64,000 bases of DNA, from positions 60,760,001 to 60,824,000 of the forward strand of contig NC_135803.1 of assembly GCF_964213995.1 (NCBI RefSeq). The letters are read 5' to 3'. Position 1 is the stretch's first letter. The number at the start of each line of letters is the position of its first letter. The position numbers were made by a program, and so were the translations under genes. This stretch comes from Mustelus asterias (taxonomy: Eukaryota). Below are positions 1 through 12,525 of the stretch, in pieces. The notes beneath the pieces are model-generated. The model was given only the letters and a program-made list of their open reading frames with translations, was not told where the DNA came from and searched no databases.

Positions 1-79
1 GTTGCAAATCAGCTCATTCTTTCAGATTCAGTAATCACAGTTCTCTGACAGTCTATAGAGATCATTGAAGAAATAATAG

Positions 80-1810
80 AAGCACAGAAACTGGAAGCAG
101 GATTAGGCCATTTAGCCCTTCGAGCCTGCTCTGCCATTCATTTTGATCATGGCTGATCATTGAATTCAATACCCTGATCCCCCTTGCCTCCCATATCCCT
201 TGATCCTTTTAGCTCCAAGAGCTATATCTAATTTCTTCTTGAAATCAGACAACGTTTTGGTCTCAACTACTTTCTGTGGTTGTGAATTCCACACATTCAC
301 CACCCTCTGGGTGAAGAAATTTCTCCTCACCTCAGTTCTAAAAGGTTTACCCCTTATCATCAAACAATGACCCCTAATTCTGGACTCCCCCACCATTGGA
401 ACATTCATTCTGAATCTGTTACACTCTAGGTTCTAACCCTGTTAGAATTTTATAAGTTTCTATGAGATCCCCTCTCACTCTTCTAAACTCAAGTGAATAT
501 AATTCTAACCAACTTAGTCTCTCTTCATATGACAGACCTGTCATCCCAGGAATGAGCCTGGTAAACCTTCACTGTGCTCCCTCTATAGCAAGGACACCCT
601 TCCTCAGATAAGTACACCAAAACTGCACACAATACTCCAGGTGTGGCCTCACCAATGCCTTATACAATTGCAGCAAAACATCCCTATCCCTATCCTCAAA
701 TTCTCTTGCTATGAAGGCCAACATACCATTTGCCTTCTTTACTGCCTGCTGTACTTGTGCGTTTACTTTCAGCAACTGATGCATGAGGACACCAAGGTCT
801 CGCTGAGTATCCAACTCTCTCAATTTACACACATTCAAGTAATAATCTGTCTTCTTATTATGCTAGCAAAGTGGATAGCCTCACATTTATCCACATTATA
901 CTGCATCTGCCATGCATATGCCCACACATTCAGCTTGTCGAAATCATGCTGAAGCATCTCTGCAATCTCTTCACAGCTCACCCTCTCACCCAACCTCGCA
1001 TCATCTGCAAAGTTGGAGATAATATATTCAATTCCCTCTTCCAAATCATCAATATATAATGTGAACAGTTGGGCCCTAGCACAGATCCCTGCGGTACCCC
1101 ACTAGTCACTGACTGTCAATCAGTAAAAGAACCATTTTTGCCAACCCTTTGCTTCCTATCTGCTAACAGCTTTTTATCCATCTCAAGACATTACCTGCAA
1201 TCCCATGTGCTTTAAGTTTACATAGTAGTCTGTTATGTGAGGCCTTGTCGATAGTCTTCTGAAGGTCTAAGTAACCCACATCCATTGGTTCTCCTCGGTC
1301 AACTCTATAAGTTATGTCCTCAAAGAATTCCAATAGATTCATCAAGCGTGATTTCCCTTTTGTAAATCAATGCTGACTTTGTCTGATTATACCACTGCCT
1401 TCCGAATGCTGAGTTATGAAATCCTTGATAATGGACTCTCGCAACTTCCCTAGTACCAACGTTAGGCTCACTGGCCTATAGTTCCCTGTTTTCTCTCTAT
1501 CCCCTTTTTTGAATAGTGGGCTTACATTAGCTACCCTCCAATCCATAGGAACCAGCCCAGAGACCAAAGAATTTTGGAAAATAACCACCAATGGATCTAC
1601 TATTTCCAGGGCCACTTCCTTAATTAATCAGGGGTGAAGATTATCAGGACCTGGAGATTTATCCAACATTCAATCCCATCAATTTCCCCAAAATAATTTC
1701 TCTACTAATGCTGATTTTCTTCAGCTTCTCACTAAAACTTGTTTCTCTCAGAACTTTTGGTACATTATTCATGTCTTCCTCTGTGAAGACTGAAACAAAG
1801 TACTAATATA
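80..1810 (-). mobile_element. CR1 LINE, 5'-truncated and frameshifted (3' half of ORF2 plus 3' UTR)
   Basis: Collinear minus-strand ORF pieces: DWRVANVSPLFKKG...NYRPVSLT, NLLEFFEDIT...YLDLQK, NFADDA, LYKALVRPHLEYCVQFW, RRNFFTQRVVNVWNS; CR1-type 3' UTR near 80-165. Confidence 0.93.
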
Positions 1811-2224
1811 ATTCCTCAAATTGTATTCATTTGGCCGTAGCTCTCTGTGCCAACTGTACTTCAACCACCATGGAAAACCAAAGGTGACCAATGGGTGATA
1901 ATAGTAATTCACTGACTACGTGAATCATGATTATGAACATTTCAATGATTTGGATTAGGGCACAGGGAACAGAATCAAAAATGTGGCTGTTAGCGCAATA
2001 TTAGGAGTTTGTTAAACAATGAGACGAACAATAAAAGACACAAGAAGGTGGGCGGAGTAGAGGAATTGGCAGATATAAGAAGAGTTTAATTTAACAGGTT
2101 AAGTATGAAGCCCCATATTTCAGGAAGCAAGGCAAAGAATGTGAGTATAGAAAAATGGAAAGGTAGGGAGTGTTGTGGTTGAACACCTGAGAGCCCAAAC
2201 ACATAATTCCCTGCAAGTGCTACT

Positions 2225-2615
2225 GAGAAAGAAAAAGAAAGAGAGATTTAGCACTTTTCATGACCACTGGACATCTGAAAGTGTTTTACAGAAATGAAGT
2301 GTTGTCACTATTGCAATACAAGAAACAAGATATATAACTTATGCTCAGCAAACTCCTACAAACCGCAATCTCAGAATAACTAAATTGTTTTTGTGATGTC
2401 ATATTGGCCAGGACACCAGTGATAAGTTCTCTCAAGAATAGCACCTTTTTTTTTACATCCACCTGAGCAGGTAAAGATAGGTCTTTGGTTTAACATCTTA
2501 TCCAACAATGTACTTACAGTGTTATACTGGAGTATTAACCTTGAGTTTTGTGTTTAAGCCCTAGCACAGGACTTGAACTCCGAACCTTAAGATTCAGCTG
2601 GTGCTCTGAGCCATT
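2225..2615 (-). mobile_element. Ancient Deu-domain SINE (SacSINE1/AmnSINE1-like), degraded
   Basis: Minus strand has a box-B-like ggttcggagttcaagtcc, then gatgttaaaccaaagacc...ctcaggtggatgtaaaa and ggtgtcctggccaatat, which I recognise as Deu-domain motifs. Confidence 0.6.
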
Positions 2616-2619
2616 GCAA

Positions 2620-3400
2620 ATGGAGATAGATAAAACTATCAAGAAGACCCACAAGACCTTACTTGAAAAAAAGCACAGCATATAAAGGTAAAGAAATTGT
2701 GATAAATTTTTAAAAAAATATTGTTTAGGTTCTACTCAGTTTTCTATATTTCATTATAGTAAAGGCATTGAGGCTGTAGAAATTGCATCGATTCACCAGG
2801 ATAATTCCAGGCATGGAAAACAATTTTTATGGAAACACACAAGAGGTATTGGCAGGAAGTGAATTTGGTTCCAGGTGATAGTACAAATGGGGCGACAATG
2901 AATCAGCATCCCAGTTTTCCACGACATCTGATTTTCTACTGATTTTAATGGAAAAGTAGGCAGCAGTTAAAATGAGCTGCCAATTTACTATTGCCTGTTT
3001 CCAAGACCAATATCAGCTCCAGGGCTGGTTCCATTGGTGCAGAAAAAGCTAAGAGGAAATCCAATAAAGGTTTTTAAAATAATGAAGAAATCCAATGAAG
3101 AAAATATGGTTCTAGTATTTGTGAGTCAGTGGCGAGGGTCATGAATTTCAAATCACTGATTGCTGATAAGCAGAGAAAGATAAAGAAAATCCTGAATTCT
3201 GATGGTTAGAGAGATCTTGGAAAGCTTTACTTCTCGGGGTGGTTGAGGCAGAGATCGAGGTATCCTTTCAGAGAAAATTCCATGAATATTTGAAGCAGCA
3301 GAAGATATAAGGGCTGTGAATTGAAAGCAGAGCAGTGGCATTCACTCTAGCGAAGAGCCAGCCCAGATAGAATAAGCCGAATGGTCTTCTATGTTATAAA
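2620..3400 (+). mobile_element. Very old CR1 3' fragment, interrupted by a decayed hairpin element at about 2850-3030
   Basis: Residual CR1 motifs gattcaccaggataattccagg, agctaagaggaaatccaataaaggtttttaaaataatgaag and a tail-like gccgaatggtcttct. Confidence 0.5.
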
Positions 3401-3654
3401 TAACTCCAATTCCATGGCATTGAAAACCACAAGAGTAATATAAAATGATAAAATAAGATTCTTTTCAGCATGATTATACTCTTTTTTTCATTCTTGTTGC
3501 ATTCCTTTCATCAGCACAAACATCATGGACATTGACAGACAGGTTTTATACTTGGATGACCTCGCTGAAGGATTATTTTATTATAACACAATTCATTTCA
3601 ATTTATTGAGTGATAAACTACAGGCAATCAATAGAAATGAATTGTAAATACTAT

Positions 3655-3780
3655 GGGCGGGGTTTTCCAGCCTCGCTCGTCCCGAAACCGGAAAATCCCA
3701 TCCAAGATCAATGGGCCTTTCTATGGTCTGCCCCTCGCCTGCTCCGATTCCTGTGGCAGGCGGAATGGGAAAATTCACCC
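3655..3780. mobile_element. PIF/Harbinger-type MITE
   Basis: Imperfect TIRs gggcggggttttcc ... ggaaaattcaccc; homologous to 13008-13160 and 51543-51669. Confidence 0.75.
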
Positions 3781-3847
3781 CTCTTACAGTCTCCAATGCA
3801 GAATCTAAAGGTTCACTCAACCTAAATAAAATACATTACTGAGTTAT

Positions 3848-3976
3848 GGGCTGGGATTTTCTGATCCTGTCATGCTGAGACCCGCTGTGGGAGATTCAGC
3901 GGCCTAGATAAAAGTCCATTGATTTTCAGTGGGATCAGATGATCCCAGCAGCAGGCAGCGGCAGAAAGTCCCACCC
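3848..3976. mobile_element. PIF/Harbinger-type MITE
   Basis: TIRs gggctgggattttctg ... cagaaagtcccaccc. Confidence 0.65.
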
Positions 3977-4184
3977 GTGAAATCGAAGAATCGGAGTGTT
4001 TTGGCAATGTAATCAATTTTACAGGAAATGTGACAATTTTGTAGTCAGGATGAAACATATGAATGGTGACTCATATGTGTCATTAAATTTCATTTAATTC
4101 TTTGATCGATTATTTTTTGCATTCCCCAATTCAGTACCAAGCTTGAACTCCAGTCGGGGCTGATTTTCCTGGATTTCGTTTATC

Positions 4185-4860
4185 GTGCTTGGGATGTGAG
4201 CATTGCTGGAAAGGCAAAGATTTATTTCCCATCCCTAGTTGCCCCTGAGAAAGTGGTGATGAGCTGCCTTCTTGAACTGCTGCATTCCCTGAGGTGTAGC
4301 TACACCCACAGTGCTGTAACAGAGGGATTTCCAAGATTTTGACAGAAGGACAGTGAAGGAACGACAATGTATTTCCAAGTCAGGATGGTGTGTGGCTTGG
4401 AGGGGAACTTGCAGCTGGTGCTATTCCTATCCATCTGCTGCCTTTCTTGTGGTGGCAGAGTAGAGGGTTTAGAAGGTGCTTTTGAAGAAACCTTGGTGAA
4501 TTGCTACAGCACATCTTGTATATGACACACACTGTTCAACCATGGTGGTGGAGAGGATGAATGTTTAAGGTGGTGGATGGGGTGCAAATCGAGTGGGCTG
4601 TCTTGACTTGGATGCTTTGGTGCTTCTTGATTGTTCTTGGAGCGACACTCATTCAGGTAAGAGATGATTATTCCATCACACTCCTGATTTGTGCCATGGA
4701 GATGGTGGACAAACTTCAGGGGTCAGGAAGTGAGTAACTAATTGCAGAATTTCCAGCATATTTATATGGCTTCTCAGCCCAAGTCATCCAGGTTATGCTG
4801 CATGCAAGAGTGAGTTCCTTCAGTTTCAGAAGAATAATAAATAGTACTGAACAATGGGCA
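4185..4860 (-). mobile_element. 3' fragment of a CR1/L2-group LINE (family that shares its tail with the MER131-like SINEs)
   Basis: Reverse complement of the tail seen at 48630-48690 (ctttctcaggggcaactagggatggg...cacatccc). Confidence 0.75.
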
Positions 4861-5389
4861 AACTGCCTGGCCACATCCCTCTCTCCCAGCGGCTGTACTC
4901 ACATTTACGCCCCGGGAGAATCCCCATGATAGGTTCATGTCTGGGTGAACCTGCTGTAAAATGAGCTGACGTGATACCACATGTGAATATACGGCAAGAG
5001 GTCAATATACGGTAAGGGACAGGTTAATCATATTCAAATCCATTAAAATATATCTAAATCAGGTTCACACTGGTTGTGTGGTGAGATTGTGCGAGCACAA
5101 TGAGCTTCTGGAAGTAGGCACAGATGCTGTTATTTCTCTTTAATCATCCTTCAATCCTTTTGCATGACAAAAATTTGGGGATGGCCCCAGCTACGTAAGC
5201 CCCAGGTTGATTGGAACTGGTCTCTTTGGGACAGCAGCTATCCTGGTCTCCAAGGCTCCAAGAAACTTCCAGTCAGCATCTGCACAATCTCATCCCCCTC
5301 AGGGAGAACTTTGGAAAATTTGTGTATGAGGAACTGGGGTATGTAAATTAACTGGAAAAAGAGTGTTGCTTAAAAAAAAAGAGACATGC

Positions 5390-5770
5390 TGCTGAAGCTT
5401 TCAATTTTGCACTCACCAGGACAGATGCAAAAATGTCAAATTTCAAAGAGTGTACCAATTTGTGTTGCATAAGAAAATGGGTGACGATTGGCTAGAAAGT
5501 TGATTTGAAGTGGGTGAGGAGAATGCATCATGGAACCATTGTCTCCCATTGCAGGGAAAAGGAACATGTCCGGGCACTGTGCATTTATTTAAATTAAACA
5601 AGTATGGGCAGAAGGGAGGCAGTAGTTTTCGAGTGCCTTCTCCATGGAAATACTTCAACTAATCAGTTAATTTGCCAGCCAATTTTAGCACTGCTTTCTC
5701 ATGAACTATAAATTATTGCTCCCTTGGAAATTTGGCATTCTTGCCCGTCCTGATGAGTGCAATACTCAAG
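5390..5770. repeat. About 380-bp degenerate palindrome with hammerhead-like motifs at both ends (probably Penelope-derived)
   Basis: ttgcactcaccaggacagatgcaaaaatgtcaaatttc (5407) pairs with gaaatttggcattcttgcccgtcctgatgagtgcaa (5727); arms stay alignable inward to about 5550/5620. Confidence 0.7.
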
Positions 5771-6959
5771 TTCTGCATAACCAAGTTATCACCCTGTTAA
5801 GAAGCTGCTGTGCATAGGGAGAAAGAATTAAGAATGTGGGTTCAAACCTATTTAAGAGATTTGAGCACATCACTTGGAAAGGTATTTCAATGCAACTCTG
5901 AGAGATGGGTTGAATCTCACACAATGTGGTTAATAATTAACATCCTATCAATGGGCAGTAAATGCAGCTATAGCAGCATCACCCAGATCCTGAGGACAAG
6001 TAGAAGAATATTTAAATTATGAGCAAGCTTGAAATGGCTTTTGAAAGTGACCTTACTGTGGAGAGCTACAGGAGGAGATCCATGCAAGAAATACCTCGGT
6101 AAATTCATAAAGAAAAAACATTAAATGCTGTGTACATGGCCTTTCCAAAACACTTAAGCACAACATAAGAGGCTTGTTGTTAAAAAGCAATGTATTACTA
6201 AATGGCCAATTTAAGGTAGACAAAATCCAAAATATGCTAATTGATACTTAACTTGTTTGTTGTGTGATTTTTGTACAATTTCAGAGCATGAATCTTGTGA
6301 ACTAACTTATTGTAATCATTGTGAGGTCTTACAACAAATGTAAATTTACTTGTATTTTGATATCATGAATTACCCTATATCGCTGAAATATGTAGAGATG
6401 TAATCAACGAAAGAATTGACTTATACATTAGTACAATTGCTCGCACTCCAAAAGTTCAAGAAAAATTGTCGAACGTTTCCACAATTCCTAAAGACTGCAG
6501 TTGACAGAATTAAGAAATTATATTCATAGTCACAACTTCATTACTGGGTGAGGATTTAAATGCTTCACTTCTCAAGTACCAAACACAGTATGCAATAAGG
6601 AATGCCTAACTTATATCTGCAGCATTAGTTGATAGCTATTTTCAAAAGCAGATTTTCAAACTGTTGGTGGTGACAGCATCCATCAATCCACATTACACAG
6701 ATCTAGCAAGTAAATAATTTATGTTTTGTTCAGCTTCAGAAGTTTCTCCGTAGAAAAGCAAAGCAGAATGCTGCAATCCTTAATGTATGGCAAGACTACA
6801 CCAAATCCAGGAACTGTTTGTTGGAACTCATAATCATTGGTGTCCCTAGGCATGAAGCCACAGTGTGGGAGGATGCAGGGACACATAATTGTCTACAACC
6901 ACTTTTTTCAAATTTTCCCATTCACTCACATCCCTCCCCCACCTCCAATCCTCTCTTCA

Positions 6960-8335
6960 ATGACCTGGGAAAAATCCCCCTATTCGACGAGATGACAAAA
7001 AGCTTGGTAAGAAAGACAGATTTTAAGGGTGGTCTTAAAGGAGGAAAGCGAGTTGGAGAGACAGAGAGTTTTAGAGAGAGTTTCAGACCTTCAGGCCCAG
7101 GCAACTGAAGACAGTGGCACCAAGGATCATAGAATCATAGAAACCCTACAGTGCAGAAAGAGGCCATTTGGCCCATCGAGTCTGCACCGACCACAATCCC
7201 ACCCAGGCCCTATCCCCATATCCCTACATATTTTACCTGCTAATCCCTCTAATCTACGCATCACAGGACAATAAGGGGCAATTTTAGCATGGCCAATCAA
7301 CCTAACCTGCACATCTTTGGACTGTGGGAGGAAACTGGAGCACCCGGAGGAAACCCACGTAGACACAAGGAGAATGTGCAAACTCCACACAGACACAGCA
7401 ATTAAAATCAGGGATGCTCAAGGAGTCAGAATGAGATGAGTTCAGATATCTTGGATGGTTGTGGGGCTGGAGGAGATTACAGAAAGAATGGGGTAAGGCC
7501 TTGGAGGGACTTGATAAACAAAGATGAGAATTTTAAACTCAAGTCGTTGCTTGACCATTGTAGGTCAGTGAGCAGTGGGATGATGGATGAACAGGACTTG
7601 GCGTGAGGAAGGGCACAAATAACCAAGTTTTTGTTGACCGCAAGTTTACAGAGGGTAGAATATGGGGTCCAGCAAGGATTGCGTTGGAATAGTAAAATCT
7701 AGAGGTAACAAAGGCATGAACAAGGGTTGCCAAAGCAGGTGAGCTGAGGCAGGGGCAAAGTCAGGTGGTGTTGCAGAGGTGGAAATAGACGGGTATAGTG
7801 TTGGCATGGACATGTGGTTGAAAGCTCAACTCGAGGTCAAATATGACACCATGATTACTGGTTTAGACTTAGGGAGAGCGATGCAGTTAGTAAAATTGCT
7901 AACCAGGGAATGAAGCTCATGGGGTCGGGAGGGGTGGGGGGTGTTTGTAGGGGGGGTGTGGAGACAAAGAACATTGGCTTCAGTGTACCCAATATCTAAC
8001 CGCAGGAAATTTCTGTCCATCAGTAGCTTTTAAACATTAATTTATGGATGTGGGCTTAGCTGGCTAGGCTAGCATTTATTGCCCATCCCTTGTTGCCTTT
8101 CAGAAGGTGGTGGTGAGCTGCCTTCTTGAACCGCTGTAGTCACTGAGGTGTAGGTACACCCACAGTGCTGTTAGAGATGGGATTCCAAGATTTTGACCAA
8201 ACGCCAGTGAAGAAATGGCGATATATCTCCAAGTGAATGTTGGATAGGCAGTCTGATAAGTTTGTAATGGTGGAAAAGCCGACAGAGGTGGTGGTGGGGT
8301 TGAGCTGGATATGGTCAGCATATATATAAAAAATA
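6960..8335 (-). mobile_element. L2 LINE fragment interrupted by an HE1 SINE (7128-7397) and a LINE tail (about 8035-8232)
   Basis: ORF remnants TLVHAFVTSRFYYSNAILAG, MDRNFLRLDIGYTEA, YADHIQL match the L2 RT C-terminal region. Confidence 0.8.
7128..7397 (-). mobile_element. HE1 (V-domain) SINE, 5'-truncated, CR1-type tail
   Basis: V-domain gggtttcctccgggtgctccagtttcctcccacagtccaaagatgtgcagg; tail gactcgatgggccaaatggcctc...tctatgattctatg. Confidence 0.93.
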
Positions 8336-8444
8336 ATGCTTATGAAAAAATAATTTATTAGCATGCTTCTTTATGATCTGCCATATATTCCAGTTTATCT
8401 CAAAATCACTTGAATATCATATATATATTTGGTAAATATCTAAT

Positions 8445-11400
8445 AAGACCATAAGACATAGGAGCGGAAGTAAGGCCATTCGGCCCATCGAGTCCACTCC
8501 ACCATTCAATCATGGTTGATTTCAACTCCATTTACCCGCTCTCTCCCCATAGCCCTTAATTCCTCGAGAAATCAAGAATTTATCAATTTCTGTCTTGAAG
8601 ACGCTCAACGTCTCGGCCTCCACAGCCCTCTGTGGCAATGAATTCCACAGACCCACCACTCTCTGGCTGAAGAAATTTCTCCTCATCTCTGTTCTAAAGT
8701 GACTCCCTTTTATTCTAAGGCTGTGCCCCTGCGTCCTAGTCTCCCCTGTTAATGGAAACAACTTCCCTACGTCCATCCTATCTAAGCCGTTCATTATCTT
8801 GTAAATTTCTATCAGATCTCCCCTCAACCTCCTAAACTCCAATGAATATAATCCCACGATCCTCAGACGTTCATCGTATGTCAGGCCTACCATTCGTGGG
8901 ATCATCCGTGTGAATCTCCGCTGGACCCGCTCCAGTGCCAGTATGTCCTTCCTGAGGTGTGGGGCCCAAAATTGCTCACAGTGCTCCAAATGGGGCCTAA
9001 CCAGTGCTTTATAAAGCCTCAGAAGTACATCCCTGCTTTTGTATTCCAAGCCTCTTGAGATAAATGACAACATTACATTTGCTTTCTTAATTACGGACTC
9101 AACCTGCAAGTTTACCTTTAGAGAATCCTGGACTAGGACTCCCAAGTCCCTTTGCACTTTAGCATTATGAATTTTGTCACCGTTTAGAAAATAGTCCATG
9201 CCTCTATTCTTTTTTCCAAAGTGTACGACCTCGCACTTGCCCACGTTGAATTTCATCAGCCACTTCTTGGACCACTCTCCTAAACTGTCTAAATCTTTCT
9301 GCAGCCTCCCCACCTCCTCAATACTACCTGCCCCTCCACCTATCTTTGTATCATCGGCAAACTTGGCCAGAATGCTCCCAGTCCCGTCATCTAGATCGTT
9401 AATATATAAAGAGAACAGCTGTGGCCCCAACACTGAACCCTGCGGGACACCACTTGTCACCGGTTGCCATTCTGAGAAAGAACCTTTTATCCCAACTCTC
9501 TGCCTTCTGTCTGACAGCCAATCGTCAATCCATGTTAGTACCTTGCCTCGAATACCATGGGCCCTTATTTTACTCAGCAGTCTCCCGTGAGGCACCTTGT
9601 CAAAGGCCTTTTGGAAGTCAAGATAGATAACATCCATTGGCTCTCCTTGGTCTAACCTATTTGTTATCTCTTCAAAGAACTCTAACAGGTTTGTCAGGCA
9701 CGACCTCCCCTTACTAAATCCATGCTGACTTGTCCTAATCCGACCCTGCACTTCCAAGAATTTAGAAATCTCATCCTTAACGATGGATTCTAGAATTTTG
9801 CCAACAACTGAGGTTAGGCTAATTGGCCTATAATTTTCCATCTTTTTTCTTGTTCCCTTCTTGAACAGTGGGGTTACAACAGCGATTTTCCAATCCTCTG
9901 GGACTTTCCCTGACTCCAGTGACTTTTGAAAGATCATAACTAACGCCTCCACTATTTCTTCAGCTATCTCCTTTAGAACTCTAGGATGTAGCCCATCTGG
10001 GCCCAGAGATTTATCAATTTTCAGACCTTTTAGTTTCTCTAGCACTTTCTCCTTTGTGATGGCAACCATATTCAACTCTGCCCCCTGACTTTCCTGAATT
10101 GTTGGGATATTACTCATGTCTTCTACTGTGAAGACTGGCGCAAAGTACTTATTAAGTTCCTCAGCTATTTCCTTGTCTCCCATCACTAGATTACCAGCGT
10201 CATTTTGGGGCGGCCCAATGTCTACTTTTGCCTCCCGTTTGTTTTTAATGTATTTAAAGAAACTTTTACTATCATTCCTAATGTTACTGGCTAGCCTACC
10301 TTCATATTTGATCCTCTCCTTCCTTATTTCTCTCTTTGTTATCCTCTGTTTGTTTTTATAGCCTTCCCAATCTTCTGACTTCCCACTACTCTTTGCCACA
10401 TTATAGGCTCTCTCTTTTGCCTTGATGCATTCCCTGACTTCCTTTGTCAGCCATGGCTGCCTAATCCCCCCTCTGATAACCTTTCTTTTGTTTGGGATGA
10501 ACCTCTGCACTGTGTCCTCAATTACTCCCAGAAACTCCTGCCATTGCTGTTCTACTGTCTTTCCCACTAGGCTCTGCTTCCAGTCGATTTTTGTCAGTTC
10601 CTCCCTCATGCGCCTGTAATTACCTTTATTTAACTGTAGAACCTTCACATCTGATTCTGCCTTCCTTCTTTCAAATTGCAGACTGAATTCTACCATATTA
10701 TGATCACTGCTTCCTAAGTGTTCCCTTACTTTAAGATATTTTATCACGTCTGGCTCATTACATAACACTAAGTCCAGAATAGCCTGTTCCCTCGTGGGCT
10801 CCATCACAAGCTGTTCCAAAAAGCCATCCTGTAAACATTCAATGAATTCCCTTTCTTTGGGTCCACTGGCAACATTATTTACCCAGTCCACCTGCATATT
10901 GAAATCCCCCATGATCACTGTGACCTTGCCTTTCTGACATGCCCTTTCTATTTCGTGGTGCATTTTGTGCCCCTGGTCCTGACCACTGTCAGGAGGCTTG
11001 TACATAACTCCCATTATGGTTTTTTTGCCTTTGTGGTTCCTCAACTCTACCCACACAGACTCCACATCGTCTGACCCTATGTCGTTTAGTGCTATTGATT
11101 TAATTTCATTTCTAATTAACAAGTCAACCCCGCCCCCTCTACCCACCTCTCTGTCTTTTCGATAGGTTGTGAATCCCTGGATGTTTAACTGCCAGTCCTG
11201 AACCCCCTGCAACCACGTCTCTGTGATGCCTACCACATCATACCTGCCAGTCACAATCTGGGCCACAAGCTCATCTACCTTGTTCCGGACACTGCGGGCA
11301 TTTAAATATAGCACCTTTAATTCCCTATTGACCGTCCCTTTTTGTTTTCGTAGTGTGGTGGACCTTGGTTTACTGAGCCTTTCCAGACACTGTGTCATAT

Positions 11401-11520
11401 TTTGTGAGATGGGGACTATCGTAACCTCTCCTGAGTGCTGTCTTTTCGTGATTTTTTGTAATCCTAAGCAGCTACGCTTCCCACTGATTCCTTCACCTCT
11501 TGGTTCCCTGACTTTCCCTG
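8445..11520 (-). mobile_element. Young CR1 LINE, 5'-truncated (no ORF1) with complete ORF2 and 3' tail
   Basis: Uninterrupted ORF2; 3' UTR gactcgatgggccgaatggcc and terminal tatgtct/tatggtct repeats at about 8445-8465; sequence turns AT-rich and non-CR1 above about 11520. Confidence 0.96.
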
Positions 11521-11575
11521 TATGTATTTTTAAAAATTGAAAGATTGTTGTAAGCAATGATCCATGTTCACGCAA
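8522..11575 (-). CDS. CR1 ORF2: apurinic-type endonuclease plus reverse transcriptase (1017 aa, no stops)
   Basis: APE motifs YLNARS, GITETW, MGDFN, LDLVL, SDHN; RT motifs NYRPISLT, YLDFQKAFDKV, GVPQGSVLGP, FADD; CR1 C-terminus RRNFFSQRVVGLWNSLP. The first ~18 aa probably come from flanking DNA. Confidence 0.95.
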   Translation of the reverse strand: MREHGSLLTTIFQFLKIHTGKVREPRGEGISGKRSCLGLQKITKRQHSGEVTIVPISQNMTQCLERLSKPRSTTLRKQKGTVNRELKVLYLNARSVRNKVDELVAQIVTGRYDVVGITETWLQGVQDWQLNIQGFTTYRKDREVGRGGGVDLLIRNEIKSIALNDIGSDDVESVWVELRNHKGKKTIMGVMYKPPDSGQDQGHKMHHEIERACQKGKVTVIMGDFNMQVDWVNNVASGPKEREFIECLQDGFLEQLVMEPTREQAILDLVLCNEPDVIKYLKVREHLGSSDHNMVEFSLQFERRKAESDVKVLQLNKGNYRRMREELTKIDWKQSLVGKTVEQQWQEFLGVIEDTVQRFIPNKRKVIRGGIRQPWLTKEVRECIKAKERAYNVAKSSGKSEDWEGYKNKQRITKREIRKERIKYEGRLASNIRNDSKSFFKYIKNKREAKVDIGPPQNDAGNLVMGDKEIAEELNKYFAPVFTVEDMSNIPTIQESQGAELNMVAITKEKVLEKLKGLKIDKSLGPDGLHPRVLKEIAEEIVEALVMIFQKSLESGKVPEDWKIAVVTPLFKKGTRKKMENYRPISLTSVVGKILESIVKDEISKFLEVQGRIRTSQHGFSKGRSCLTNLLEFFEEITNRLDQGEPMDVIYLDFQKAFDKVPHGRLLSKIRAHGIRGKVLTWIDDWLSDRRQRVGIKGSFSEWQPVTSGVPQGSVLGPQLFSLYINDLDDGTGSILAKFADDTKIGGGAGSIEEVGRLQKDLDSLGEWSKKWLMKFNVGKCEVVHFGKKNRGMDYFLNGDKIHNAKVQRDLGVLVQDSLKVNLQVESVIKKANVMLSFISRGLEYKSRDVLLRLYKALVRPHLEHCEQFWAPHLRKDILALERVQRRFTRMIPRMVGLTYDERLRIVGLYSLEFRRLRGDLIEIYKIMNGLDRMDVGKLFPLTGETRTQGHSLRIKGSHFRTEMRRNFFSQRVVGLWNSLPQRAVEAETLSVFKTEIDKFLISRGIKGYGERAGKWS

Positions 11576-12279
11576 TGCAAACGCTTGGACTATAAATACG
11601 AACTTATGAAGTATGACCCTGAAATGGATACTTTGTTTTTACAAAAGGGAGTTGAGAGGTTAGGTAGCATTATCCTCACCAAGATATATGGAACAATAAG
11701 AACACTGAATTAATTTTCTTGTCTGGAACAGTCTTGGCAAAGTCATTAAAATTCAAATGACCCTTCCTGTGATATTGGCTGCCTTTCTCCAACTAATTAA
11801 AAGGACATAAAAATGTGGCAGCCTCTGTGACTCCAAATTTGAAATCCAGAGACATTAAAAATGGGTGTCAAAGACGTTTCTTTATCACAATGTTATGTGG
11901 ATGACTCCATTGCCTGTCAATAATCTTGTCAGAAACTATTTATAAGGGGAATGGGAAGAGATACACTGGTCTCATGATGAAGACAAACTTGGGCGGAATC
12001 TTTGTGCCACAGGGAGAGTTTGCTGTTGATGGGACTGCGAGACCCCGCCATCGAGAATGGCCAAAAGATTCCGGTCAAGATTTCTGATAGAGGAACATTC
12101 TGGTCAAATAGTGAGAAACATCTACCAACAAAGAATACAATTAGAATACCAACCTAAAAATACCTGCTTTTATGCCACATAAAGGCAGAAACTCAAGTTC
12201 ACATTGAACTCTACTTGAGGAACTGGACCAGGGCTCCACGATTGCACCTTGACTGAAGTATAAGCGATCTGCACTCATT

Positions 12280-12525
12280 GAATAGAATCATTGAATTCCT
12301 AAAGTGCAGTTAGAGGCCATTGGGCCCATCAAGCCTGCACCAACAACAATCCAACCCAGACATGGCCAAGCCCCCTAACTCGCATATCTTTGGACTGTGG
12401 GAGAAAGCCGGAGCACCTGGAGGAAACCCACGCAAACACCACATGGATGGTCACCTGAGGCCGGAATCAAACCTGGGTCCCTCGCGCTGTGAGGCAGCAG
12501 TGCTAACCATTGTGCCACTGTGCTG
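12280..12525 (-). mobile_element. Internally deleted HE1 SINE
   Basis: tRNA-like head (ggcacaatggttagcactgctgcctcacagc), V-domain remnant, CR1-type tail remnant. Confidence 0.8.

Noticed and set aside
3515-3647. Acceptor followed by an open frame TNIMDIDRQVLYLDDLAEG...
   Set aside because: Short, no recognisable homology, no partner exons.
9198-11540. Plus-strand ORFs antisense to CR1 ORF2
   Set aside because: Shadow ORFs of a long coding sequence; similar ones recur in other CR1 copies.
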